64,000 nucleotides of DNA from an uncultured Methanomassiliicoccales archaeon (GCA_964396265.1 CAYNEM010000005.1:9563-73562), one strand, 5' to 3'. Positions 26,542-36,961 are shown, numbered from the stretch's first letter. Notes: generated by a model not told the origin, from the sequence alone. A program made the numbers and translations.

Positions 26542-27138
26542 ATGCGGGAACTCGCGCGTGAGGGCGGATTCACCTACGTGAAGTTCGAGGAACCCGCGGA
26601 CATCGACCGCGTCCGCATCGAGGGCTCGGAGACGGACCCGGGCGGGTTCGAGTTCTTCCGCGGCCTCGGCATCGTGGGGTACGCGCGCACGTTCAAGGCG
26701 TGGCTCCGGCACTTCCCTCGTCCTATCTTCCTGGCGGCGTTGCGCGAGCGGGAGGTCGTCTCTTGGGTCTTTGTGGAGCAGCACGGGGACCACGCCCGGG
26801 ACGGGAATCCCCTGTACGTGCTCCGCGCGATCGAGACCCTTCCGGAGCTCCGGAGGAAGCGCCTCGGATACAGGCTCCTGCTGCTCGTCCTCGCGCAGGT
26901 GACCGGGCACGTGCTCACGAAACCGCTCACGAAGGAGGCACGGACGTTCTTCGTCCGCACCGGGTTCGAGGACCTCGAGGAGGGCCGGTCGGCCGTGGAG
27001 CCTCGGAACTTCCCTGGATACGTGGCGCTGTCCCCGCACAAGAGGCGCGAGGTCGTCGCGACGCTCGCGGAATACTTTCCTAGCCACCCTGGCGGCGAAC
27101 TCGCCGGATCGCGAGAAGCACGAACAGAAGGACGATGA
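26542..27138 (+). CDS. GNAT-like N-acetyltransferase
   Basis: LYVLRAIETLPELRRKRLGYRLL (motif A), ARTFFVRTGF. Confidence 0.7.
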   Translation: MRELAREGGFTYVKFEEPADIDRVRIEGSETDPGGFEFFRGLGIVGYARTFKAWLRHFPRPIFLAALREREVVSWVFVEQHGDHARDGNPLYVLRAIETLPELRRKRLGYRLLLLVLAQVTGHVLTKPLTKEARTFFVRTGFEDLEEGRSAVEPRNFPGYVALSPHKRREVVATLAEYFPSHPGGELAGSREARTEGR

Positions 27139-27844
27139 TGAATATCACCGTGAGGGTCGCGAGTATTGCGGGCCAGCTCGTCTTCGGCGTCTTATAGAAG
27201 AAGTCATAGGCCAGAAGCTCGCCCCTCTCCGGCGTGAACTTCCCGTCCCCGTCGAGGTCCGCCTGCACGCGCACGGTGTGACGGCCGGCCGCGAGATTCA
27301 CCGGGATGTACGTGATGTTGACGGTCACCACCCCGCCCGCGTCGATGCGCGAGGCGGACGCATTCCCGACGGGGAGGTCGTCGACGAAGAAGAAGACGGT
27401 GACGTTGAGCGCCGCGGCCGCGCCGTTGTTCCTGATCGTCGCCCGCAAGTCGATGGGACGGAAGACGTCGATCGGATAGCGTACCTCCGCGGTCCGGTTC
27501 ACGTCACCCTGGGAGATCGCCTTCACATAGAGGATGACCGTCCCCTCGACCTCCGGGGCGGTGACGTTCTCGTCGAACCTGCCATTCTCGTTCGCCCGTG
27601 GCGTCGGCAACAGCGGGGCCGCACCGAACAGGTTGTCGCCCTGCAGGACGAACTCGATGTGGAACGTGCCTTGCTGTTCCGCCGCCGGACCGCCCGCGAC
27701 CGTGATCGTGTACAATTGCGTCGAGGATGGGGCGATCGCGCTGGGGCCCCGGATCGTGATCGTCACGGGTTCCTGGGCTTCCGCAGGGGGGAACGCCGCG
27801 AACAGCGCGAGCATGAAGAGGGCGACGACGAGCAGCCGCCTCAT
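27080..27844 (-). CDS. secreted CARDB/Ig-like protein with C-terminal TM anchor
   Basis: Signal peptide MRRLLVVALF..AEA, LRATIRNNGAAAALNVTVFFFVD, C-terminal TM plus basic tail. Confidence 0.85.
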   Translation of the reverse strand: MRRLLVVALFMLALFAAFPPAEAQEPVTITIRGPSAIAPSSTQLYTITVAGGPAAEQQGTFHIEFVLQGDNLFGAAPLLPTPRANENGRFDENVTAPEVEGTVILYVKAISQGDVNRTAEVRYPIDVFRPIDLRATIRNNGAAAALNVTVFFFVDDLPVGNASASRIDAGGVVTVNITYIPVNLAAGRHTVRVQADLDGDGKFTPERGELLAYDFFYKTPKTSWPAILATLTVIFIIVLLFVLLAIRRVRRQGG

Positions 27845-30800
27845 CGGGACTTCCTCCGCAAGATCGTCAGGTAGACCGCAGCGCCGATCGTCGCGACGAG
27901 CGAGACAAGGAGCGCGGCCGCCGCGAGGTCGATCCCGGGTTCCGCGAGGTTGAGGTCCGGCCCGATCGCCCGCAATCGGCCCTCGAGGGCCAGGGCAGGC
28001 ATCTGGACCTGCACCGTCACGAGGTCCGAGTATGTTACGTCCTCCGTGTTCGTGACCTGGACGCTCACCGTCGCGCCCGCCGACCCGGAGACCTTCTCGA
28101 GGCGGAGGACGGGACGGGACGTCGTGTTCCCCCCGACCGTCACGTTGAGGAACGCCTGAGGCGCGCCGGAGGGATCGACGAACGCAGCCCTCCACCCTGC
28201 GGAGAGGAGTTCGTCGTAGTTCGAAAGCGTGAGCTGGAACGTGTCCTGCCCGTTCCCTGCGTTCCGAATCTGGAGCGTGTACCTCAGGAACCGCCCGTCC
28301 CACTCGGGCGCGTTCGTGGAGACGTCCGCCGCCAATCCGCGGTACCGGGTCACGTCGAGCTGGAGGCTCACGGATTTCGCCACGGTCGAGTCCGCGGTCG
28401 ACTCCACGTTCACCGTCATGGGCGCGTGATCGACGCGCGCGTCCCTGTTGGCCGTCACGGTCACCCGGACCGTCCGCGTGTTCCCCGTGCTCCCGAAGGG
28501 GATCGTGACGGTCTCGGGGCTGAAGGCGAACGTGAATCCCGTGAGGGAGGCGCTGAAGGTGTAAGTGTCGTCCGCGTTGCCCCGGTTCGTCACGGTCATG
28601 AAGAAGTCCGCGGAGCTGCCGGGAGCGACCGTCTGGCCCGCCTCGTCCCACACGAGGTCGACCTCGCGGCGCACGACCTTCTTCATGTCCAAGTTCAGGA
28701 CGGTCGGCTCCGTGAGCACGATCGTCTCGCGCTGGCGGTAGGTCACGTTCACGCCCCGCTCCGTCCCCTCGGTCCTCGCCTCGAGATCGTAGGAGCTGGC
28801 GACGAGGAGGATCGAGTAGGCGCCCGTCGCATCCGAGGTCATGGACGCCTCGCCCGCGGTCGTGGAGAACGTCAGGTTAGCAGGGGCGCGCGATCCGACT
28901 CGGGTGGTGACGCCCGAGACCCGAAGGCCCGCGGCGAGAGCGAGGTCGAACGTGCGCGCGGGACCCGAGGCAAGCTCGAACCTGCCGAGGAGCACCGCGC
29001 CCTCGAGAGGCCCAATTGCATAGAAGAAGTACTCCCCGCCCTGCATCGTGAGCGCAAACCGCCCGTCCGAACCGGACGATGCGGACGTGTTCAACCCATT
29101 CGAGCCGCGCGCGACGAACGTGACGGTCCCGATTACGGGCGCGCCCTGGAACCGGATCGTGCCCTCGACCGTGGTGTTGTCGAGCCCGCGGACGAGGTCC
29201 ACATTGAAGATGGAGATCCGCGCGCCCTGCGACACCGACAGGGAGCCGTCGAAGGAATAACGTACGTACCGGGGCCCCTGGCTGAGGGTGCTCACCGCTG
29301 CGTGGTCCGCGGAGACCGCGTACGCGCCGCCCAGGACGAGGACGTGGTACTGCCCAAAGCTGTCGGAGGTGGCGGTGACCGTCGCCCCCTCCGTCCGGGT
29401 GAAGGAGATCGGGACGCCGCCGACCGGGCTGCCCATGAACGTGGCCGTGCCCGTCACGTTCGTTGCAAGGAGGAGCACCACCGGCTCCATCGTCGGGCCG
29501 CTCACGTCGAGCCTCTGGAGAGCGAGGTACGTGTCGCCGCCCTGGGTGACGTTCGCGGTGATCGTATACGAGCCCGCGGCCAAGAACGTGGAATACGATC
29601 CGGAGGTTGCGTTGCTTTGCACGGTCTCCGGACCTTCGAAGCGCACGACGGGGGACCGAGGCTGCCCCCCGAGGGTCACGCTGCCGTCGACGCGGTGTCG
29701 CACGACGAGCGCCAGGTCCTGGATGATCGGGTCTGCGGCGAGCGGCACGAACAGGGACAGTTCGTCCCGCGTCTGGAGGCGCGTGTCGCCCTGTCCCGTC
29801 AGGTCCCGGTCGACGACCGGGTGGTATCGGCCGGGCTGGACGCTCGCCGTGTAGCCACCGGATCCGTCCAGGTTGGCTTGGGCGTCGACCGCGCCGGGGC
29901 TCTGCCCCTCGAAGAGGACCTCCAGCGTCGTGTCCGTGACGGGGGCTTCGGCGAGCCGGAGCATCCCGTGGACGACGATGTCCGCCGCCAGGATCTGGAA
30001 GCTCGGGTCGAGCTGCCAAGCGAGAGCGTTCGCGGCTGGCCGCTCGAACGGGATGAACCCGGGTCGCGCGACGCGCAAAGCGAACGCGCCGCTCGACGGC
30101 AGGGCGATCTCGTACGTGCCGTCGCCCTGGGTGATCGTCTCGAAACGCCGCGTCGCGTCAGAGAACTTGACCGTCGCGTCAATAACGGGATCTTCGATGT
30201 CGACGCTCACGGAGCCGAGGAATTCCCGGATCATGGTGCCCCGTACGGTCAGACCGCGTCGGGCGGTGAAGTCGAGGGTCGCGTCGCCGGTGATCGTCCT
30301 GACCTCATAGAGGGGGAAGTCGAGGTATGAGGTCTGCACCGTCCACGTGCCCAGTGGGAGATGAGTGAGGTAGTGTCCCGTGAGATCGGCCCGGACGCGA
30401 TGCTGCCCGGACGTGCTCCGGAAGTAGACGTCCGCGCCCCCGAACGCCTCGATCGGGTTGTCCGCGTTGTAGAGCACACCGCCCACGGCGGCCCCGGCGG
30501 CCAGGCCCGCGGTGAACGTCACGGATCCGCCCTCCTTGGCTTCGATGCCGCCGACGAAGGCCCATAACGACACGCCGTTGTAATGCCGCGCGTGCACGTC
30601 CCACGCACCGCGGGGCAGGGCGATCGTCGCCTGTCCCAAGGCATCCGTGGTCGCGACGCGGACGAGCCGGGCGGCGCTCCGCTGCTCGAACGTCAGGGTC
30701 ACGAACCCCTGGCGGGTGCCGCCCAGGGTCGTACTGATGGCCACGGACGCAGACGGGTACACGGTGATGTTGTGGAAGACGGGCACTTCGCCTCCCGCCA

Positions 30801-33800
30801 CCGAGGCACGCGACGGGAGCGCGGCGTTGTCCTCCTTCACCGCGGCGACGTCGAAGGAACCGGCGAGGAGGCCTGGGAACGAGAAGAACCCGTCCTTCGC
30901 GGAGACGGCGTGGAACGTCGTCGCGTTCGTGAGGTCTTTCAGGGTCACGGTCGCCCCCTCGAGCCGCCGCCCGTCCTCGTCGAGGACGCGTCCCTGGATC
31001 GTTGTGGGGATCACGACGAGGTCCTGCAAGGACGGGCCCGCGTCGACCGAGACGCCCGTCAGCGTGAGGGTCCTCCCCCGCCACGCGATCGTCACGTTAT
31101 AAGAACCCGGGTAGAGCCCGGAGACACGGAACTTGCCGTCGGAGCCCGTGCTGGCAGAGCGCTCCAGTTTCACGTCGTTCCCCTGGAACGTCAGGTCCGC
31201 CCCGGCGAGCAGAGGTTCGCCGGCATCGAGCGTGCTATCCCGGTCCACGTCCACGAACAGCGAGCCCGAGCGCGTCGCGCCGGCCACGTCCACGTCCCGG
31301 AAGATCCTCCAGTCGGCGATGCCGTTGCCATCGGCGTCGACATCCTCGCGCATCGCGGCCTGGTCACTGACCTCGAGCTGGAGTTCATGGACGGTCGTCG
31401 GCCCCGTCAGGGTCCGGCTGTCGGGGGTCCCCAAGGAGAATGCGACGTGCACCTGCCCGAAGGGAAGGAGGACGCTGTACCGGCCCTCCCCGTCCGTGAG
31501 CACGGCGTCATGGGGGATGTCGTACTCGTCGTGGACCGTGACGCGGACGTTGGGCCAAGGGACGCCATCCAGCGTGACCGTGCCGTTGAGGAAGGCCCCG
31601 TCGTAGTACTTCAGGAACACGATCCCGCGGCGGATGAGCGAGGTCGGTGTGGCGTCCACGACGCCCGTGGTCTCGCCCCGGTTGATCTTGCCCTGGAGGT
31701 CCTGCGCCTCCTTGAAGTCCACGGCTCGCCACGCGTCCGTGTTGTTCGCGAGGTCCTCGCGCGGGAACGGATTGTAGTAGGCGGTCTTGTAGACCACCCG
31801 GAAGTGGCTCATGTTCCATCCCTGCATGGGCAGGATGTTCGCCATCCCCTGGTTGTTCGGCGCGGGGAGACCGGGGATGCAATCGTCGCACGTCTGGCCC
31901 GCGACCGAGGGCGGGAAGCCGACGAAGGCGCGGTAGAACATGGAATTGTAGAAGAGGTCCTTGTAGCGCAGGGTGAGTCCCGTCACCTGGTCCGCCTGCC
32001 CGACCTGCTCGAGCGGGATCTGGCCCCGCTGCGTGGTGGCGATGATGTCGAAGAAGTCGCGGGGGACCGACCGACCGTCCCGCATCTCGAGGATGCGGTG
32101 GTCCGACAGCTTCGCGGGGGCGTAGAAAATCCCCGTGTTCTCGCCGGCGATCGGGAACAGGCGGGAGTCGACCGCGAAGTATCGGATCGAGGCGCCGACG
32201 ACGTCCCGGAGCGCGTGGTTCAGGGACACGAGCTCTCCGGCATCGAGGTTCTCCGTCATGTACTGGCCCGCCCAGATGTACTTCGCGTTCGCGGCCTGCA
32301 GGTCCTCGTACTTCCCGTACCGGTTCGGGTCCGCCATGACGTCGTCGATGTAGGCCTCCGGGGTCCGGTACGCCGAGTCGAGGGTCTGCCACGAGAGCCC
32401 CGCGGACGTGAGGACGGCCTTCGCCTCCGGGCCGAAGGAGATGCGGCGACCCTCGTACCAATCCCCTTCGAGCAGGCGGAGGTTCAGGAGCGCGATCGCC
32501 TCCTCCTCGGATTGCGCGGTGATGAAGTTGCCCGCGAGGTGGTACCCGTCCAGGAAGTTGTCCGCGACGGTCGGATGGGCGCCGACGTCGATAGCCTCAA
32601 ACCCATAGTCCCACCAGGACAGGAAGGCGGGACGATCCTCCACGGGATGGATGTGGGAGTCGACCTGACTGAACCACGACCATGCCGCCGGGAAATATTC
32701 CCGTTCCAAGGGCAGGGAATACCCGAACGCCCCGAGGTAGAACGAGTTCCCGGACTGCGCGTACTGGTCGTAGCCCGTGGGCCGGAGGAACCCGGGGAGC
32801 GTGGCGTACACCTGCTGGTCGTACTCGGACTTCCGCTCGAACGGGATTGCCGCGTCGACCCCGAACCAGACGTTGGGGAGCAGGAGGATGAACACCACGA
32901 ACAGGGAGCCGAGGACGTGCCGGACACGGACCGCGCGCCGGAACGCGACAAGTCCGCTGCCGAGAGACCGGAAGGTCTTTCGCATCTCGTCGAACCGGAG
33001 CCATTCGATGAACAGCACGCTGACCCACGCGCTCGCCATCGCGAATGCGGGAGAGGCGTTGAAGATGAACCGGGCGGCGGCCTGGGCCATGAAGATCGAG
33101 GCGATCGCCCAGACGACGACGAACAGGTAGTCCGGCGCCGGGTGCCTGGGGATCCCGCGGGCCAGCCATAGGAGGCCGAAGAGGGCGAGGAAGTACGTGG
33201 CGACCCCGAAGGAGAGGATGATCTGGCTCAGGCCCGGGGGCTGCGCCTCCGCGATCGTCTCGTACGCCTTCGTCCGCACGAAGTAGCCCGCGCCCGCCAG
33301 CAGGGAGGTCACGACCGAGGGATTCACGATCGCCGCGATCGCGAACGCGGAGCCTGCGACGATCCCGGCCGCAGGGAGGACGAGGGACCACGGGTAGTCG
33401 CGCGTCGCCGAGAAGAAGATCCCGGCCCCGAGGGCGATGGCGTACAGGTAGAACGGGATGTCGAACCACGTCCGGACCTGGCCGTAGGTGCCGAAATACC
33501 ACGGGGCCGCGAAGAGCAGGGGGAGACCGAGGGCCACGCCGAACATGATCGTGACCCCCATCGGGTCCTGGCTCCTCAGGCGGTGCACGAGGATCTGGAA
33601 GAGGAAGTACACGATGAGGATGATCGGCGCGTAGGCCCACCCCTGCCACGTGAGCGCGATCGTCGTCATGCACCATCCGGCCAAGAACGCGTACAGCAGG
33701 GCCTTCCGGTTCTCCGCGAAGAACACGCCCAACCCCTGCCGGAGGGACGTGCGGCCGTCCTTCTTCCAGAACCGCCAGTCGTCCACCCATCGCTTCTCGT

Positions 33801-34359
33801 GAAGGGATTTCAGGCTCTTGAGGAAGAAGAAGAAGCCGGACACGACGAAGAAGAGGACCATCGCGTCGTGGTCGCCGTTCGTCGCAGGGCTGCGCTGGAG
33901 GTGCGCGGGGAGGACCGCGAGGAAGAACGCCGCCAGGAGCGCGACGCGCTTCCCGAAGGCCTCCTTCGACAGGAAGTACACCGGCAAGATCGTGAGCGCC
34001 CCCCAGAAGGCCGTGGACGCGAGGAACGCCGCCGTGACGGACTCTCGGAGGGTACCGAACAGCGGGGAGAGGAGCTTCCCCATGACCGCGGTCGTCCATG
34101 CATACAGCGGGGGGCGCGGGTTCTCAAGACCCATGGGGTAATTGAGGAGCGGGTCGAACGTGAGGTGCTCGCCCGTCTCCGCGATGTGCTGGATGATGTG
34201 ATGGTAGTAAAACGCGTCCGAGCCGCCGGAGAGGAGGCCCGAGGGGAGGGCCAGCTCCCACGGGTAGTAGGCCCGTAGGTAGAGGGCGGCCAAGAATATC
34301 CCTAGGAGAAGGACCGGCGTGGTCCAGTTCTTGCGCAACCAGTGCTCGCCCTCTGCCAC
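27841..34359 (-). CDS. aglB: oligosaccharyltransferase AglB/STT3 with long C-terminal beta-sandwich repeats
   Basis: GSDAFYY, NGDHD, TIAE, SWWDYG motif, multi-TM N-terminus; carboxypeptidase-regulatory-like repeats; C-terminal TM. Confidence 0.95.
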   Translation of the reverse strand: MAEGEHWLRKNWTTPVLLLGIFLAALYLRAYYPWELALPSGLLSGGSDAFYYHHIIQHIAETGEHLTFDPLLNYPMGLENPRPPLYAWTTAVMGKLLSPLFGTLRESVTAAFLASTAFWGALTILPVYFLSKEAFGKRVALLAAFFLAVLPAHLQRSPATNGDHDAMVLFFVVSGFFFFLKSLKSLHEKRWVDDWRFWKKDGRTSLRQGLGVFFAENRKALLYAFLAGWCMTTIALTWQGWAYAPIILIVYFLFQILVHRLRSQDPMGVTIMFGVALGLPLLFAAPWYFGTYGQVRTWFDIPFYLYAIALGAGIFFSATRDYPWSLVLPAAGIVAGSAFAIAAIVNPSVVTSLLAGAGYFVRTKAYETIAEAQPPGLSQIILSFGVATYFLALFGLLWLARGIPRHPAPDYLFVVVWAIASIFMAQAAARFIFNASPAFAMASAWVSVLFIEWLRFDEMRKTFRSLGSGLVAFRRAVRVRHVLGSLFVVFILLLPNVWFGVDAAIPFERKSEYDQQVYATLPGFLRPTGYDQYAQSGNSFYLGAFGYSLPLEREYFPAAWSWFSQVDSHIHPVEDRPAFLSWWDYGFEAIDVGAHPTVADNFLDGYHLAGNFITAQSEEEAIALLNLRLLEGDWYEGRRISFGPEAKAVLTSAGLSWQTLDSAYRTPEAYIDDVMADPNRYGKYEDLQAANAKYIWAGQYMTENLDAGELVSLNHALRDVVGASIRYFAVDSRLFPIAGENTGIFYAPAKLSDHRILEMRDGRSVPRDFFDIIATTQRGQIPLEQVGQADQVTGLTLRYKDLFYNSMFYRAFVGFPPSVAGQTCDDCIPGLPAPNNQGMANILPMQGWNMSHFRVVYKTAYYNPFPREDLANNTDAWRAVDFKEAQDLQGKINRGETTGVVDATPTSLIRRGIVFLKYYDGAFLNGTVTLDGVPWPNVRVTVHDEYDIPHDAVLTDGEGRYSVLLPFGQVHVAFSLGTPDSRTLTGPTTVHELQLEVSDQAAMREDVDADGNGIADWRIFRDVDVAGATRSGSLFVDVDRDSTLDAGEPLLAGADLTFQGNDVKLERSASTGSDGKFRVSGLYPGSYNVTIAWRGRTLTLTGVSVDAGPSLQDLVVIPTTIQGRVLDEDGRRLEGATVTLKDLTNATTFHAVSAKDGFFSFPGLLAGSFDVAAVKEDNAALPSRASVAGGEVPVFHNITVYPSASVAISTTLGGTRQGFVTLTFEQRSAARLVRVATTDALGQATIALPRGAWDVHARHYNGVSLWAFVGGIEAKEGGSVTFTAGLAAGAAVGGVLYNADNPIEAFGGADVYFRSTSGQHRVRADLTGHYLTHLPLGTWTVQTSYLDFPLYEVRTITGDATLDFTARRGLTVRGTMIREFLGSVSVDIEDPVIDATVKFSDATRRFETITQGDGTYEIALPSSGAFALRVARPGFIPFERPAANALAWQLDPSFQILAADIVVHGMLRLAEAPVTDTTLEVLFEGQSPGAVDAQANLDGSGGYTASVQPGRYHPVVDRDLTGQGDTRLQTRDELSLFVPLAADPIIQDLALVVRHRVDGSVTLGGQPRSPVVRFEGPETVQSNATSGSYSTFLAAGSYTITANVTQGGDTYLALQRLDVSGPTMEPVVLLLATNVTGTATFMGSPVGGVPISFTRTEGATVTATSDSFGQYHVLVLGGAYAVSADHAAVSTLSQGPRYVRYSFDGSLSVSQGARISIFNVDLVRGLDNTTVEGTIRFQGAPVIGTVTFVARGSNGLNTSASSGSDGRFALTMQGGEYFFYAIGPLEGAVLLGRFELASGPARTFDLALAAGLRVSGVTTRVGSRAPANLTFSTTAGEASMTSDATGAYSILLVASSYDLEARTEGTERGVNVTYRQRETIVLTEPTVLNLDMKKVVRREVDLVWDEAGQTVAPGSSADFFMTVTNRGNADDTYTFSASLTGFTFAFSPETVTIPFGSTGNTRTVRVTVTANRDARVDHAPMTVNVESTADSTVAKSVSLQLDVTRYRGLAADVSTNAPEWDGRFLRYTLQIRNAGNGQDTFQLTLSNYDELLSAGWRAAFVDPSGAPQAFLNVTVGGNTTSRPVLRLEKVSGSAGATVSVQVTNTEDVTYSDLVTVQVQMPALALEGRLRAIGPDLNLAEPGIDLAAAALLVSLVATIGAAVYLTILRRKSR

Positions 34360-34411
34360 ATTTGCACCCGGAAACCGAGGCTGGAACGAGCGCTAGAAAG
34401 GACCCCCTATT

Positions 34412-35119
34412 TTAGCGTTGTTCCGAAGGAGCGGGCGTCCCTCCAGTGCGGCGGGCTAGGATGGAGACGTACGCAGCGCGCGATCGCAGCTTGGGCAGCG
34501 CCGCCAAGAGGGCGCGGTCGAGCCGGAGCAAGAGCCGTGTGAGGGCTCTGCCGAGTCCTCGTCGATTTGGCGGCATCCGGCCGACGACGTGCGGCGCGAG
34601 ATAGGAGAACAGGAACTCGTGTCGGACCTCGACCACCTCGAGCTGGCGGCGGACCGCCGCCAAGTACGCGTCGGCAGACACCGGCCGCTCATGCGGGTCG
34701 TGCCTCTCCGTCGGGAAGCGCCGCCGCGCCGCGTTCGCGATCGGATTCCCGTCCGTGGGCTCCTGGAACAGCAGCAGGCCCCCCGGACGCACGACGCGTT
34801 TGGCGTCGGCGATCGCGGCATCCAGGTCGTCCGGCACGTGGTGCAGAACCGCGCGACCCGCGACCCCGTCGAAAGCCTCGGCGCGGAAGGGCAGGGCCAG
34901 GACGGAGCCGCAGACCGCTCGGATCCTCGGATTCGCCGACGCGAGCGCGGTCCGATCGATGTCGACCGTTACGAGCGAGGCCCCTTTCTTGAGGAGCGGC
35001 CCCGAAAAGTTCCCATCCCCACCGCCAAGATCGACGACGCGGCCGTTGGGTCCGGCCAGGCGGAGGGGCATCCCGGCTAATTCCCGCCAGAGGGTCTCAG
35101 CCGCCTCGGGATCCACCAT
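34412..35119 (-). CDS. class I SAM-dependent methyltransferase
   Basis: VVDLGGGDG, LPFRAEAFD, VLHHV, RVVRPGG; start estimated. Confidence 0.85.
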   Translation of the reverse strand: MVDPEAAETLWRELAGMPLRLAGPNGRVVDLGGGDGNFSGPLLKKGASLVTVDIDRTALASANPRIRAVCGSVLALPFRAEAFDGVAGRAVLHHVPDDLDAAIADAKRVVRPGGLLLFQEPTDGNPIANAARRRFPTERHDPHERPVSADAYLAAVRRQLEVVEVRHEFLFSYLAPHVVGRMPPNRRGLGRALTRLLLRLDRALLAALPKLRSRAAYVSILARRTGGTPAPSEQR

Positions 35120-35196
35120 CCATCGGACCGGCATCGCGGCGGCAACGGGGACGCGTATATTCTACCTGCGTCGGTGAGGAGTCAATACTGTATCCG

Positions 35197-35481
35197 ATGA
35201 TCTCAGAGCCCCGCATCGAGATTTGCGTCCGTGCATGTCGCTCACCGACGAGGAATGAAGCATCGTTAGGTCCTGCGCACAACGCTTGGGCGGATGATGT
35301 CGGAGATGTCCTCGAAGGCCTCGCGGACGCCGCTGAAGCTGCTGAGCGAAGTCTTGAAGGAGAAGCTCTCGCCCGAGCAGTGGTCACGGATCTTCGGCGA
35401 CGACTGGATGCCGCACTCCTCGAGATCGTCGAGAGAACGAACGAGATGACCCTGCGGGTTTCGGCGCTCCAGCGGGGCTAG
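35197..35481 (+). CDS. possible small coiled-coil protein
   Basis: Helical composition in the C-terminal half; start uncertain. Confidence 0.35.
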   Translation: MISEPRIEICVRACRSPTRNEASLGPAHNAWADDVGDVLEGLADAAEAAERSLEGEALARAVVTDLRRRLDAALLEIVERTNEMTLRVSALQRG

Positions 35482-35588
35482 GCAGTTTGAGTTTGCAGCC
35501 CTGCGACACAGTGCAGCGAAGCCGTGATGGTCGCCGCGTGCCCCGGCACCGCGGAACCCTTATCCCCGGCAATCCCTTACGCGACGGC

Positions 35589-35765
35589 GTGAACCCGGAC
35601 CTCATGGAGATCCTCGCGTGCCCCGTCTGCAAGGGCGAGCTCACCCTGAAGGTGGAGAAGGAGGACGGCGAGATCCTCGAGGGCACGCTGCACTGCGCGC
35701 ACTGCAACCACACGTACGAAATCCGGGAGGGCATCCCGAACCTTCTCCCCCCGGACTTCCAGTAG
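35589..35765 (+). CDS. trm112: Trm112 family methyltransferase activator
   Basis: DLMEILACPVCKGEL...LHCAHC...YEIREGIPNLLP. Confidence 0.93.
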   Translation: MNPDLMEILACPVCKGELTLKVEKEDGEILEGTLHCAHCNHTYEIREGIPNLLPPDFQ

Positions 35766-35917
35766 CTTCCTCGACCTTACTGTAACAGCCCAATCCTTAA
35801 CCCGTCGGCCACAGACGCTTCCGCGATTCCCGTGAAGAAGTGCCCCGCGTGCGGCGTGTTCGGGTTCGCGCTCGACCTCGCGGTCCTCGGTCTGGCGGTG
35901 ACGCTCCCCGCGGCGGA

Positions 35918-36433
35918 TTAGTCCGCGAGCAGGTCCGAGTAGGAGGAGGCGACGAGGTCCTCGTCGGGGATGGCGAACGTCGCCCGCATCGCCGCCAATT
36001 TCGCGCGCCCCGCCTCGATCCCGTCTTGCGTGTCCTCCACCTCCAACTCGAACTCCACGAACTTCCCGAGGCCCTCGACCTCGTCGAGGTGGACCTGCAC
36101 GCCCTCGTGGCGGTAGATCTCCCGGCGCTTGCGGACGATGACTTGGACGCCGAGCACGCGCGTCAGCATCTCTTTCAGGGGCTCGGGATCCGGGAGGTCG
36201 GTGAGGAGGACCTCGCTCTCTTTGAGGCCCACGTCATCCCTCCTCTCGTAGTAGATGAGGAGCGCACCTCGGCGGCCCTCGGTCTCTCGGAGCTTCAGGC
36301 GGCGTTCCCCGAGCGCGAAGTACGTGTCCGTTTGGCGGTAGGTGCCCACGTGCTCCCCCGCCGCCACGATCGCGCGTGACCTCTCAAGATCCTGGCATCG
36401 CGCCTTGAGCTCGACGAGCCGTTTGCGGTTCAC
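35918..36433 (-). CDS. cyaB: CYTH-domain protein (class IV adenylate cyclase family)
   Basis: VELKAR, QTDTYF, RLKLRE, VRKRREIY, HLDEVEGLGKFVEFE, SYSDLL. Confidence 0.9.
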   Translation of the reverse strand: MNRKRLVELKARCQDLERSRAIVAAGEHVGTYRQTDTYFALGERRLKLRETEGRRGALLIYYERRDDVGLKESEVLLTDLPDPEPLKEMLTRVLGVQVIVRKRREIYRHEGVQVHLDEVEGLGKFVEFELEVEDTQDGIEAGRAKLAAMRATFAIPDEDLVASSYSDLLAD

Positions 36434-36568
36434 GAGGGAGGGAGGAGGAGGCCGGAGAAGAACGTTGGGCTCACCATCAGCGCAGCGCGTGCCCCCCGAG
36501 GGTGAACTCCGCGATGGCAAGATACATGTACGGCGAACGCTGATTCACATCTCGCCAAGTCCGGCGGT

Positions 36569-36961
36569 ATGGCCTTCATGTACGTCACGGTGGGGATTTC
36601 CGCACAGCCGAACAGCGAGACCCGTGAGGTCCGGCTCCTCGTCGACACCGGGGCCTTCTACTCGATGGTTCCACGTTCCATGCTCGAAGAACTCGGCATC
36701 GCACGCGCCTATCTCGAAAAGTTCCGCGTCGCGGACGGCAGGACGGTGGAGCGGGACGTGGGGTACGCGTTCCTGCACTACTCGGACCGTCCTCCCGGTC
36801 CGACGATCGTGGTGTTCGCCGAACCCGGGGACACGCTCGTGCTGGGGGTTCACACGCTTGAGGGCCTCGGGCTCCGTGTCGATCCTCGTTCCGGGACGAT
36901 CTCCGCGATGGATGTCATCCCATACTACTCTATGGGCGAGATGCAAACGGCCACGTCCTAG
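36569..36961 (+). CDS. clan AA (retropepsin-like) aspartyl protease
   Basis: LLVDTGAFYS catalytic motif; VLGVHTLEGLGLRVDP. Confidence 0.85.
   Translation: MAFMYVTVGISAQPNSETREVRLLVDTGAFYSMVPRSMLEELGIARAYLEKFRVADGRTVERDVGYAFLHYSDRPPGPTIVVFAEPGDTLVLGVHTLEGLGLRVDPRSGTISAMDVIPYYSMGEMQTATS

Noticed and set aside
35832-35921. 29-codon frame VKKCPACGVFGFALDL...
   Set aside because: Single CxxC and too short to support as a gene; may be a remnant
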